From the NCBI GenBank assembly GCA_033763415.1, contig JANRKP010000007.1, forward strand, positions 9,046-73,045: 64,000 nt of DNA, given 5' to 3'. This document shows, piece by piece, positions 1-10,052 of the stretch. The notes below the pieces were generated by a model. The model was not told where the DNA came from, did not search any database, and was given only the letters and a program-made list of their open reading frames with translations. Made by a program: the position numbers and the translations under genes. Positions within the stretch are counted from its first letter, which is position 1, and each line of letters starts with the position of its first letter. This DNA is from Candidatus Melainabacteria bacterium. Lineage in GTDB: Bacteria > Cyanobacteriota > Vampirovibrionia > Vampirovibrionales > JAJTHC01.

Positions 1-312
1 CGCCAACGCACGGGCCAAGCCAATGGGATCCACCCCAAAGTGATCAAAAAATCGACGATCTTCCGTGGCCAGCAAGGCGTTAATAAAGTGGGGGCTCACA
101 TCGTTCAGCTTGACGTTTCGGTGGCGAAACTGACCGTTGGAATAGATGACCGAACCATCAGCGGCCAACACCTGGGTGGTTTCAATGGGTGGACGGCTCA
201 CATCCTCGCTTAGCAACACATCCATCGAAGGCAGGTTGCGCGTAACCCACCACACGTAACCGCCTGCCGCAATGACCCCCACCACCAGCAGGTTAAACAG
301 CCATCGAAGCAT
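1..312 (-). CDS. Penicillin-binding protein / peptidoglycan glycosyltransferase (class A PBP), N-terminal part. Partial: the CDS continues beyond the 5' edge of the window.
   Basis: Minus-strand translation from the ATG at ~312 gives MLRWLFNLLVVGVIAAGGYVWWVTRNLPSMDVLLSEDVSRPPIETTQVLAADGSVIYSNGQFRHRNVKLNDVSPHFINALLATEDRRFFDHFGVDPIGLARALA. This has an N-terminal TM helix plus the GT51 transglycosylase motif EDxxFxxHxG. The reading frame is open to position 1. Confidence 0.7.
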   Translation of the reverse strand, partial: MLRWLFNLLVVGVIAAGGYVWWVTRNLPSMDVLLSEDVSRPPIETTQVLAADGSVIYSNGQFRHRNVKLNDVSPHFINALLATEDRRFFDHFGVDPIGLARALA

Positions 313-1547
313 CAGGGGTCACCGTCCTTTCAGCACAACGCATCCATATTTCATTGAGGGCAAAAGCGTTTTCAAATCATACCCAATAGCAGGCAGGATG
401 GCAAAAAAGAACACAGCCCACGCCAGCATCCGGGGAGCCGAGAAAGGGGGTGCGCTGGTCCGTGTTGAGCACCGAGCACCCGTTGAATGTTACAAATGTT
501 AAGCGCTTGAATGACCCCGGAACAAAGAACAGACAAGGATTTCGGACACTCCCAAAAGATATACGAACCCAATCCTAAAAAAATAATTAATAAAAAAACA
601 ATATTTCAGTTTGGCATGTTTTTATTACAGTGTGAGGAGAGAGGAAGCGGGAAACGCAAACGGGCTAGGTAAAACAAAAGCAACATTCGCAATAAAACAA
701 GCAACGCTAAACAATAGCTGACTTGAGGAGGAGGAAATACCAGCCCACGGGGTTTAATAGGGCTGGGGGTGTCCGTTCAACAGGGTTCACGTTCGTATTC
801 ATTGGTTGGTTCGGTCGCAGGTTGGGGTTCAGGGGTTATTCATCATCGTCCATCGTTTTTGTATAACGGCTAAAGCAAATCGGCATACGGGCATTATTGG
901 CTGATTATTTTTTCAATGCCAAACGGCATCGCATCGTCATTCAAACGGTGGGGGTGCAAACGTCACGCAAAGCATACAGGCAAACATTGCGCAAACGCAC
1001 GCAAAAGGATGGACCAACGGCAACACGAACGACGACGGCTGCCATAACAGCCAACGGACACCTTCGTTTGGGGAAAAGAACAACACGCAACAGGATGGTA
1101 GGTTGGCAAACACTTCATTTTTTTTGAGGAAACGGTTGGGGAAAACGGGTTCGGGTCGGTATTTGGGTAGGCATCGGGTAGGTATTGGTCAGGCGACAAC
1201 ACAGCGCCATTGCGCGGCACAGTAACACAAAGCACAGTTTGAGAAGAAATGGCGGCAAACAATACGCACAATTTCGTTGGATGAACGCTGCAAAACAGTA
1301 CACAGATTGATCTATTGGTCTAAAGTGTCCCTGAGCCGAATGGTTGCAGGGATTTTTTATGCCCACCTGTTTAAAAAATGGGGGGCGACAGGTGCGAATC
1401 AGGTTGACAAGGTGCTGACAATCTCAATAGTGGTTATGTTTTTGCTACACTAATAGGCCGTTCGTTAATGTTTCGCTTTCGCCTTTTAAGCTCAGAGTTA
1501 TTGCCTCCCCCCCATTGTTCTCGTTTGCGCTTGGAGATTACTCCCTC

Positions 1548-2657
1548 ATGACTCACCCCGCCCCCGTGACCACCGAACTCGTACTGGCAGCTTTGGATCA
1601 GGTGAACGACCCGGAATTGCACCAAAGCCTCACTCGGCTGGGCATGGTGGAAAACATTCGCATTTGTGAGGCCAACGTGGCGTTTGACCTGGTACTGACC
1701 ACCAGCGCCTGTCCGCTGAAAGCCAAAATACAGGAAGACGCCAAAGCCGCCGTACAGGCAATACCGGGCGTGGCCCAGGTAGAAGTGTCTATTTCTGGCA
1801 AAACGCTGGCCGCCAAAGTACCCGGCCGCGAACCCCTACCGGGTATTAAAAACATTATTGCCGTTTCCAGCGGCAAGGGCGGGGTAGGCAAAACCACGGT
1901 TTCTGTCAACCTGGCGTGTGCGCTGCAGCAGCGCGGGGCCCGCGTTGGCATTTTAGATGCCGACATCTACGGCCCGAACGTTCCGCTGATGATGGGGCTT
2001 CGGCAGGCAAAAATTAAAGAGCAAACCGAAGACGGCAAGCTGGTTCTACCGGTAGGACACCAGGTTAAAGTGGTTAGCACGGCCTTTTTCATTCAGGAAG
2101 ATCAGCCTGTGGTGTGGCGCGGCCCGATGCTTGATAAAATGATCCGCGACTTTATGACCCGCATGGACTGGGGCGAATTAGACTATCTGGTTATCGATCT
2201 GCCCCCCGGCACAGGCGACGCCCAGTTGACCATTGTACAAGCGGCGCCGCTTTCGGGTGCCATTATTGTAACCACCCCACAGGAAGTGGCCATTTTAGAC
2301 AGCCGCAAAGGGCTGAAAATGTTTGCCAATGCTCAAATTCCGGTATTTGGTATTGTGGAAAACATGAGCCACTACATTAACCAGCACGGCGAACGAGAAG
2401 AACTGTTTGGTACAGGCGGGGGCAAACGCGCTGCCGAGGAACTGGGCGTTCCGTTGCTGGCCGAAGTGCCCTTGGTGCCTCGGGTTCGCGCCAACGCCGA
2501 TGAAGGCACACCGATTGTGGTGGGAGACCCCCATAACCCAGCCGCACAAGCACTGATGCAGGTTGCCGACCAGGTGATCGCCCAAATTTGTGCCCAAGGC
2601 GTTGCGCAACGAGGAGAACAGCCGGAAAGCACGAATCCTCAGCCGGTGGCCGTATGA
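1548..2657 (+). CDS. apbC: Mrp/ApbC/NBP35-family Fe-S cluster carrier ATPase, with an N-terminal DUF59 domain.
   Basis: P-loop SSGKGGVGKTTVSVNLA and ParA/MinD-like fold motifs. The N-terminal MTHPAPVTTELVLAALDQVNDPEL resembles a DUF59/MIP18 domain. The track ORF starts at 1515; the internal Met at 1548 fits family length. Confidence 0.85.
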   Translation: MTHPAPVTTELVLAALDQVNDPELHQSLTRLGMVENIRICEANVAFDLVLTTSACPLKAKIQEDAKAAVQAIPGVAQVEVSISGKTLAAKVPGREPLPGIKNIIAVSSGKGGVGKTTVSVNLACALQQRGARVGILDADIYGPNVPLMMGLRQAKIKEQTEDGKLVLPVGHQVKVVSTAFFIQEDQPVVWRGPMLDKMIRDFMTRMDWGELDYLVIDLPPGTGDAQLTIVQAAPLSGAIIVTTPQEVAILDSRKGLKMFANAQIPVFGIVENMSHYINQHGEREELFGTGGGKRAAEELGVPLLAEVPLVPRVRANADEGTPIVVGDPHNPAAQALMQVADQVIAQICAQGVAQRGEQPESTNPQPVAV

Positions 2658-3757
2658 CGCCGATACCAGGCAAGCAAACCAGCAACAGTGTTTCGCCCGC
2701 TTTGGCTACAATCGCTTCAGCGCGGCCATTAATGGAGCGAGAAACCCTGCTGAGAGCCCAATCTGCCATGAGCTGCTACAACCAGTTTCCAATTCATCTG
2801 CAAACGCTTCAGCAAGCCCGGCAATGGGTATACCGAGATCTTTCTCCCACGGCGCAGTACGAGTGGCCACTACTCTCTAAAGCAGTGGGGTGTCGGGTTT
2901 GGGTCAAGCACGAAGGCCACGCCCCAACAGGATCGTTTAAAATCCGAGGGGGGCTGGTGTACTTGCACTGGCTGGCGAAAACCCAACCTCAGGTACAAAC
3001 CGTGGTCACCAGCACGCGCGGCAACCACGGGCAAAGCATTGCCTACGCCGCCAAAGCCAGCGGAAAACATGCCGTTATTGTGGTGCCCAACGGCAACAGT
3101 GCTTGCAAAAACCGTGCCATGATCGCCCTGGGAGCCGAACTGATTGAGCACGGAGACGATTTGGTCGCCGCCAAAGAACACGCCATGAGCCTGGCACAAG
3201 CCAACGGCTGGCATTTCATTCCATCCTTTGCGCCGCCCCTGGTGGCGGGCGTGGCCAGCTACGCCCTGGAGTTTTTGGAAGCCCAGCCTCATTTGCAAGC
3301 CATTTACGTACCCATTGGCATGGGGTCGGGCATCTGCGGGTTTATCCAGGCCCGCAACGCGCTGGGCCTGGCCACCCAAATCATCGGGGTGGTGGCCAGC
3401 GGGGCCGATGCCTACGCTCGCTCGTTGGCAAGTGGTCAGTTGCAATGTACCGAAGCCGCCAATACCCTGGCCGATGGCATTGCGTGCCGAACGCCGGACC
3501 CGGTGGCGTTTGATCTCATTCGGCATGGGGTGGAACGCATTGTTACCGTCAGTGATGACGCAATCCTGGACGCGATGGCGCAATTCTTCCACTGCACGCA
3601 TCACGTGGCGGAAGGGGCTGGCGCCGCCTCATTGGCCGGATTAATGCAGGAAGCGGCCCTGTGGAAACCACACCAGCAGGTGGGGGTTGTTCTTTCCGGC
3701 GGCAACGTGGATGCCCCCTTGCTTCAACACGCGTTAACCCACTGTGCCCAGCCCTAG
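2654..3757 (+). CDS. PLP-dependent threonine/serine dehydratase (threonine ammonia-lyase, short form without an ACT regulatory domain).
   Basis: GSFKIRGG PLP-lysine motif and a glycine-rich loop (GNHGQS). It is ~367 aa, so it lacks the C-terminal regulatory domain. ATGA overlap with the apbC stop suggests translational coupling. Confidence 0.85.
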   Translation: MTPIPGKQTSNSVSPALATIASARPLMERETLLRAQSAMSCYNQFPIHLQTLQQARQWVYRDLSPTAQYEWPLLSKAVGCRVWVKHEGHAPTGSFKIRGGLVYLHWLAKTQPQVQTVVTSTRGNHGQSIAYAAKASGKHAVIVVPNGNSACKNRAMIALGAELIEHGDDLVAAKEHAMSLAQANGWHFIPSFAPPLVAGVASYALEFLEAQPHLQAIYVPIGMGSGICGFIQARNALGLATQIIGVVASGADAYARSLASGQLQCTEAANTLADGIACRTPDPVAFDLIRHGVERIVTVSDDAILDAMAQFFHCTHHVAEGAGAASLAGLMQEAALWKPHQQVGVVLSGGNVDAPLLQHALTHCAQP

Positions 3758-3821
3758 TAGGGCGTGTCCTCACAGTAAATTATCCCAAGGCACCCTCACC
3801 CATCGCAGGAGGACGGCTGTT

Positions 3822-4004
3822 GTGCAGGTGGAAATTGTTCCAGGATGTATCGCCTGTGGTGTTTGTCAGTCGATTTGTCCAGAAGTGTTTACTGTTACGG
3901 AAACGGCGTTTATCAGCGGGCCAGAGATGATTCCCCATTGCGCCAACGCGTGCTTGGAAGCAGCCCGGGCTTGTCCTGTTCAAGTCATTCAGGTTGAGGA
4001 ATAA
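3822..4004 (+). CDS. Small ferredoxin with a single Fe-S cluster.
   Basis: CIACGVCQSICPEVF ... CANAC cysteine pattern. GTG start preceded by AGGAGG at ~9 nt. 60 aa. Confidence 0.7.
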   Translation: MQVEIVPGCIACGVCQSICPEVFTVTETAFISGPEMIPHCANACLEAARACPVQVIQVEE

Positions 4005-4063
4005 TGGAGGGCGTATCCTCCACAGCCAATCCACAACAGCCTTTTTAGTTTGGGAGAGACAGT

Positions 4064-6271
4064 ATGGCAAACCCCGAAAACCCCACCCGTGTGGAACACG
4101 CCTCCACGGAACACGCAGAAAACCGACTGGCTGTGGCAAGCAGCGCCTACTTGCGCAGCGCCGCCCATCAACCCATTGATTGGTACGAATTTGGCCCCGA
4201 AGCATTCGAGCGGGCCCGAACGCTAGACCGCCCTCTGTTATTGGATATTGGCGCCGTCTGGTGCCACTGGTGCCATGTGATTGACCGGGAATCCTACGAA
4301 GATCCCGATATTGCTCAGATCATCAATCAGCACTACGTGGCGGTTAAGGTGGACCGGGATCAACGCCCGGATGTGGATAGCCGCTACCAGCAGGTCGTCA
4401 TGTCCATGACGGGCCAGGGGGGCTGGCCACTGACTGCTTTTTTAACCCACGACGGGCGCGTTATTTATGGCGGCACTTACTTTCCGCCCCAAACCATGAA
4501 ATCTCTGCTGAATCAGATTCATCAGGTCTATCAGCAGGAAAAAGCCAACATTTTTGCCAGCAACGCCGAGCAGGCCCAGGGCGAACCAGCAGACAACAAG
4601 ACGGATAGCGCCATTGCATCCACCATTCTGGCGCTTTCCACCCTGGCGGAAGCGGACGCGCACGCCCAACTGAAAACCGCCACCGATACCATGCTGGAAC
4701 ATATTCTTAGCCGCTACGACGGTATTTATGGCGGATTTGGCCAGCAGCCCAAGTTCCCGCACTTTAGCACCCTTCAGTGGCTCATTCAGCGCGTGCAGCA
4801 ACACGAGCTGGAGGGAAAACCCAACGCCCCCCTAAAAAGCCTGGTTCTCAACACGCTGGAAGAAATGGCCCGAGGCGGCATTTACGATCAGCTGGCCGGG
4901 GGCTTTCATCGCTATTCCGTGGATCGGGTTTGGCACGTGCCGCATTTTGAAAAAATGGCCTACGACAACGCAGAGGCACTGACCGTCTACAGCCAGGCAG
5001 CCCGGCTGTTTAAGCACGCTTACTTTGAAGAAATTACCGATGGCATTCTGCGCTGGGTGACCGAGCATTTGTCAGACACGGAACAGGGCGGCTTTTACGC
5101 CTCGCAGGATGCAGACATTGACCTGCATGATGACGGCGATCACTTTACCTGGAGCAGGGATGAAATTCTCAGCGTCCTGAACGCCGAACAGGCCGAGCTG
5201 GCCATGGCCTACTACGATGTCAACGAAGCCGGAGATATGCACGATCGCCCCGGTAGAAACGTGCTTTGGGCCAAACAATCCCTGGAGGAGGTCGCCGTTC
5301 GCTTTCGGATGTCGCCCCACCAACTGGTAGGGGAGCTCGCCGATATTAAAAGCCGATTGTACCAGCATCGGTTGGCCCATCGGCCCGTGCCGTTTATTGA
5401 TACCACGCTGTACACCAACTGGAACGGTATGATGATTGTTGGCTTTCTGGAAGCGGCGGACTTACTCCAGCGGCCCGAGGCGCAAGCCCTGGCCCTACGC
5501 TCACTGGAGCGAATGCTCCACCTGTTTTACTTGCCGAATCAGCGGGTATTCCACACGGAAGGCATCCACGGCCTGCTGGAAGATTATGCCTGGCTGGGCC
5601 TGGCAGCCCTCCGCGCGCACGAATCCACCGGCAATGCCACCTACCTGGCCGCTGCCAACGACATTGCCGCACTGATGATTCAGCAATTTTCTCCCCAAAC
5701 ACAGGACTCCACCGATTTTCAGGAGTCCGTGCCCGCATTTGTGCAAGGCTTTTTCGATACAGCCACGGAAGAAACACCGATTGGCCTGCTCAAATACCGC
5801 CGTCGTCCCCTGGAAGACAGCCCGAGCAGCAGTGCCAATGCAACCGCGCTCCAGCTCCTTTACCGGCTCAGTGTACACCAGCCCAACAGTCGCTATGGAC
5901 AATGGGTTCAGGCAACGCTTTGCTACCTGCTGCGCACCGAGGGCGGATTGGCCCCCCTGGGCTTATTTGTAAGCGCACTGGGCATTTTGGCGGATTGGCA
6001 ACACGCCCCGCCGCTGAAAATAGAATTGGTGGGCAACGCACCGGAGGCGTGGCAACAGGCGGTGTGCTCCGTGTTTTTTCCTGGAAAAATGGTGGTACAC
6101 CCGCAGCCCAGCACCAGCCCGGATCAGCCGCATGAGGTTCGCCCCGGCCCCGAAATTCGTCTCTGCGTTGGGCGGCAGTGTTTAGCACCCATTACCACCA
6201 CAGAGGCATTGGAAGCAATCCTCCAGTCACCTAACAGGCACTTCTCGGCCGGGTTGGCGTCTCTGTTTTAG
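4064..6271 (+). CDS. Thioredoxin-domain protein of the DUF255/YyaL family: N-terminal thioredoxin-like fold plus an (alpha/alpha)6 six-hairpin domain.
   Basis: N-terminal LLLDIGAVWCHWCHVIDRESYEDPDIAQIINQHYVAVKVDRDQRPDVD is typical of DUF255. The ~735 aa length fits the family. ATG at 4064 confirmed in the sequence. Confidence 0.8.
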   Translation: MANPENPTRVEHASTEHAENRLAVASSAYLRSAAHQPIDWYEFGPEAFERARTLDRPLLLDIGAVWCHWCHVIDRESYEDPDIAQIINQHYVAVKVDRDQRPDVDSRYQQVVMSMTGQGGWPLTAFLTHDGRVIYGGTYFPPQTMKSLLNQIHQVYQQEKANIFASNAEQAQGEPADNKTDSAIASTILALSTLAEADAHAQLKTATDTMLEHILSRYDGIYGGFGQQPKFPHFSTLQWLIQRVQQHELEGKPNAPLKSLVLNTLEEMARGGIYDQLAGGFHRYSVDRVWHVPHFEKMAYDNAEALTVYSQAARLFKHAYFEEITDGILRWVTEHLSDTEQGGFYASQDADIDLHDDGDHFTWSRDEILSVLNAEQAELAMAYYDVNEAGDMHDRPGRNVLWAKQSLEEVAVRFRMSPHQLVGELADIKSRLYQHRLAHRPVPFIDTTLYTNWNGMMIVGFLEAADLLQRPEAQALALRSLERMLHLFYLPNQRVFHTEGIHGLLEDYAWLGLAALRAHESTGNATYLAAANDIAALMIQQFSPQTQDSTDFQESVPAFVQGFFDTATEETPIGLLKYRRRPLEDSPSSSANATALQLLYRLSVHQPNSRYGQWVQATLCYLLRTEGGLAPLGLFVSALGILADWQHAPPLKIELVGNAPEAWQQAVCSVFFPGKMVVHPQPSTSPDQPHEVRPGPEIRLCVGRQCLAPITTTEALEAILQSPNRHFSAGLASLF

Positions 6272-6377
6272 TAAGTGGCACTCCAGTGGACTTGTTTGGC
6301 CAAGGAACGGTCCAACACCCACCAGTTGCCGTTTTAATTGTTGTTATATTGTACGAGTGGGAGGGTACCAGCCGACT

Positions 6378-6614
6378 ATGGATGCCTACAATGTGATGCA
6401 AGACCATGAAGACCACCTGATGAGCCTGCCCAATGTGACGGGTGTTGGCATTGGAGAAGACGAAAAGGGCCAGGAAACCATCGTCATTTACCTGAGCCAA
6501 CTGCCGGAAGCACAAACGGAATGGCTCAACACCACCTACCCCAATTCGTTAAACGGTATACCGGTGGTACTCCAAGATGCAGGGGGCCATTTTTTAGCCC
6601 TGGCGGAACGATAA
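6378..6614 (+). CDS. Hypothetical small protein (78 aa).
   Basis: ORF with GGGAGGG about 8 nt upstream of ATG (MDAYNVMQDHEDHL...). No recognisable domain. Confidence 0.4.
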   Translation: MDAYNVMQDHEDHLMSLPNVTGVGIGEDEKGQETIVIYLSQLPEAQTEWLNTTYPNSLNGIPVVLQDAGGHFLALAER

Positions 6615-7244
6615 ACACCGCCATTGCCACCCGCTGGCCCCAGATGATTCCAATAGGAAAAAACAATCCACCCATGCGGCCCGCTTTGCCCTGGGTGGAT
6701 TGTTTCTGGGTAGACTGTTTATAGAATTCGGTTATAAATATTTTTTTTAAATAAAAACGAATATTTATTCAGCTCAATTGAACAACAATTGGGTATAACT
6801 AAAAGCAGAACCGAGCATCCATCTTTCTTTAGATGGGGCCAATTTTTGGTTGCGTGGGGTCGGGGTCATTGCTCCGCATAAAGCCAAGCACGCGCCACAT
6901 CTTTAAAAAAACCCGCAAGAGCCACCACCGTGAGACTGTAGAAAATCCGTTAATCGTTCGATATTGAATGTTATACGAGAGAACGCCACTGAAAAAATGG
7001 CCAGCCGCTGCGCAATACGGCTGTAGTTGGCACGCCCCGGCAAGCAGGCCGTCCGTGTTATACACGGGCGCGAAAAATCAGCCAATATTATCCAGCCCAA
7101 CGGCCAACAAGCCACCTTCCCCGAGGGAGAAAGCGCCACACACCTTGATTACACCCTTTTTTGATAGCACCCTTTATCGCGTTTTAGCTTAGCCGCATTT
7201 AGCGCCCATCGTAGGTCAGGAGTGACGCATGCAGTTAGAGCACT

Positions 7245-7667
7245 TTATGGACGAGTTGCTGTCACTAGTTCAAGAAGCGCATGTTTGGTATGAGCATGGG
7301 CAGGCGGAAAACCTCCCGCCTCCAATTCCCGCCGAAGTTGATCGAAAAAGTCCTCTGGTAGTTGGGCAATGGCTCCATGGCGGACCAGTTCCACCAAGGC
7401 CAAAATAAGCTGGGATAAACTGTACTCGTCGGCGGCTCGCAACGCCTTTAGTTTATCCAACGTAAAGCCCGCCCGAGAAAAGGACGGCGTGTTGGCCAAA
7501 CGCTCCAGCGTCTCGTCACGAAACCGTCTGCGCCCGTGCATCAGGTTTGACAACCCGTCGGCAGATATTCCCATTTCTCTGGCCAATCGCTCCACAGATA
7601 AACCCTGATGCAGCATCAGCGTTTGAATGGCCAACCCCAAACTGTTTTCGGAACGCTTCATGACCAA
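7245..7667 (-). CDS. XRE-family helix-turn-helix transcriptional regulator.
   Basis: HTH_XRE-like segment LSVERLAREMGISADGLSNLMHGRR near the N-terminus. 140 aa. Confidence 0.6.
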   Translation of the reverse strand: MVMKRSENSLGLAIQTLMLHQGLSVERLAREMGISADGLSNLMHGRRRFRDETLERLANTPSFSRAGFTLDKLKALRAADEYSLSQLILALVELVRHGAIAQLPEDFFDQLRRELEAGGFPPAHAHTKHALLELVTATRP

Positions 7668-8095
7668 TCTCTTTCAAAAACAAAACTTTCAAAAAAGAAA
7701 GTTTTACTAACAGCATTGACAGGTTTTTGGTCCGGCGTGCTATAATTCATTGCCAAAGACTTCGTACCTGAAGCGTTTAACGCAACGTACAAACAGACGC
7801 CAGGGTTCGTCGTTTACTGATGGTATTGTATTACAAATCTGGCAATTGTTCTGAACTTTTCATATTGGCTCGATTCTTTATTTCCGTTTTAGTCCGTATT
7901 CATCACGCTGTTGTAGGTTGAGGAAGAAATACACGCGCCACCACTCTGGTAGCGTAGCGCAACGCACATTCTGTAGGCTGCCATAGAAGTATGTATGGAT
8001 GGATAGCGCAAGATTTGCTCGATGTGCACTGTTAGCTCGTTCAGGCGGTAAGCGTTTGCGATTGTACGCCACCAAAAAACAGAAAGGAATCTCTG

Positions 8096-8299
8096 GTGCT
8101 ACCATTCCGACTTCGGATTCACGAACTGTTGCAGAAACAACGCAAGGGTTGGTCCATGAAAACGCTGGCTGAAAAACTGGACGTGGATCATCAAACCGTC
8201 CTGTACTGGAACCAAGGACGCACCTACCCCAGACTGCCCACCCTGGTACAACTGGCCCGGCTATTGGGCTGTCCTCTGCAAGATTTATTGGAAGAATAG
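8096..8299 (+). CDS. XRE/Cro-C1-type helix-turn-helix transcriptional regulator (67 aa).
   Basis: Canonical HTH_3 pattern: LRIHELLQKQRKGWSMKTLAEKLDVDHQTVLYWNQGRTYPRLPTLVQLARLLGCPLQDLL. Divergent from the regulator at 7245..7667. Confidence 0.65.
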   Translation: MLPFRLRIHELLQKQRKGWSMKTLAEKLDVDHQTVLYWNQGRTYPRLPTLVQLARLLGCPLQDLLEE

Positions 8300-8667
8300 G
8301 CTGAATGTGACCCTGGACAACAATTTGTAACAGAAACATTAAGACAGTCTTAAGATTTTAATAATTTCCTAAAACATTGTCTGGTATTGGATTTTAGGCA
8401 TTTCTTCATTCGAACTTCATTTTTTAATTTTTATCCCTATACAAACAAATTAAAATCAAATGGATCCATCCTGTTTTTATGCCTATGTAGGGAATCCTTA
8501 AGAAAACCTTAAGTAACCCCGCAGAGAGAGAAAGCGAGTAAGTGGAGTGAGTTTAATTCATCAGCACCCAATCGCAACCAGTGCAAAGGCTGCACAATAT
8601 ACAGCCCATTAGCGTTGGTAAAGCTTCTCACGCATTACACGGAGTAGAGAGCACGGAGAAGAGCACA

Positions 8668-8871
8668 ATGTCTGGCTTTAAAACCAACGCAAATGCTGCC
8701 TTTGCTGCACATGCTGCCGTGTTCTCGGTAGCACCCAACCTTAGGCCCGCAGGCAGTGCACCGCTGTTTAACAACCCGGTATTTGGCGCCCAAAGAAGCC
8801 ACTACGGGCAAATGGCCACCGGTATGATGGCCGATAACAGCAATGGCCTACAATTAAACCTCAAAGTATAA
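8668..8871 (+). CDS. Hypothetical small protein (67 aa).
   Basis: GGAGAAGAG RBS ~7 nt upstream of ATG (MSGFKTNANAAFAAHAAVF...). No recognisable domain. Lies in an otherwise low-coding region. Confidence 0.35.
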   Translation: MSGFKTNANAAFAAHAAVFSVAPNLRPAGSAPLFNNPVFGAQRSHYGQMATGMMADNSNGLQLNLKV

Positions 8872-10052
8872 GTTTTCCCCTCCTTAGTTTTATTCGTCCA
8901 TTCCTCAGTAAACCCTCCCCCCCTTAAAAAAAGCAGACGTAAAGCCCAAAAAAGAAGCAAGAAACATAAAAAACAAAAGCGTTAAACCAACGGTTATCGA
9001 GTCGTTTGGTTCCCATTAGAGTGTTCCATTGATTTATTGATTCCCCTTCAGTTATGTCCGTATCACCCCCTTACCCCCTAACCTGAAACAACTTTGCCAG
9101 GGTTGAGTAAGGCTGAGCCCGTTGTGTTGGAAAGCGAGAATCTTGCTCCATCTCAACGACAACCGCCCGCTGACTCAACCCCGTTTTAACAAACCGTTTA
9201 CACAAACTTCCCTTCCCTCCCCTGTCCCATCATCCTTTCCCCCTGTTGTCAGCGCCTCAGGCAATACTGATGTGCTGAAAACCATTTCCCCAACTGTCTG
9301 GCCAATGGCCAGATACCCCCCCTGCGTGTTGCCCGGTTTTAACGGACAAGCGCTTTTTCTTTTTTGGGGTTGTTTTTAGGCAATTTTTTTACTGGCGCCA
9401 GCCAGCAGACAACACTACCTCCACATAGCCCTGCCCTATATCCGCACGGAGAACATCCATACAAAAAAGCTGCCCACCCCCATTCAAGAGGAATGAACAG
9501 CTTTTTTACACGGCGCAAAAAATACCCGGCTTTTCATAAAGCAACATGGACAGTAGGGCCGTATTTTTTAATTTAAAAACAGGCTCGCCACGGTGCCCAC
9601 ACACAGTAGCGCCCCAATCAGCGCACCCGTTACAAACGCATTGGTATTATTGCCAAACAGCAACTTGGTCATACTGTTAAACACTCCCCTCTTTCGTCTG
9701 TTGTTTTGTTCTATTGATGATGCACAAGAAAACCCAAACAAACGGCCCGTTTAAAAAAACATGGCCGCACAACGCTTTATTATAGTGGGTTTTATCCTGC
9801 CCGAATATTCCCCCAAACGGGTGAACCACTACCCAGGAGAGCAGTAAAACCAACTGAGCCAGAATGGGGAAAGCGGCAACAGCAGCCCACCCCTTGGCTT
9901 AGGGACAACGTTTTTTTACACCCAGACGCGGCAAACTTCCTAAATTTTTGGCAACGGCTTTTTTGCACTGGCGACAAAACCGTACGGGTTTCTGCCTGAT
10001 GAATTGGAGCCCTCTGGGTTAGAGCCTCTGGATAGAGCCGGGGGGTCGTTGG

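Noticed and set aside
897-1127. 76-aa K/R/T-rich ORF in the long intergenic region
   Set aside because: It is a low-complexity translation of CAAACG-type DNA repeats, with no RBS.
313-1547. Possible tmRNA, RNase P RNA or other housekeeping ncRNA in the long intergenic region
   Set aside because: I looked for hallmark motifs (tRNA-like T-arm GGTTCGAnTCC, ANDENYALAA tag reading frame, RNase P P4 and conserved loops) and did not find them. The question is left open pending Rfam.
2870-3604. 244-aa minus-strand ORF inside the threonine dehydratase gene
   Set aside because: Antisense shadow ORF. There is no RBS and no homology signal, and the sense strand has a clear PLP-enzyme match.
9568-9672. 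33-aa hydrophobic minus-strand ORF
   Set aside because: It is too short, and without conservation data it cannot be called. Mentioned only as a candidate within the low-coding region.
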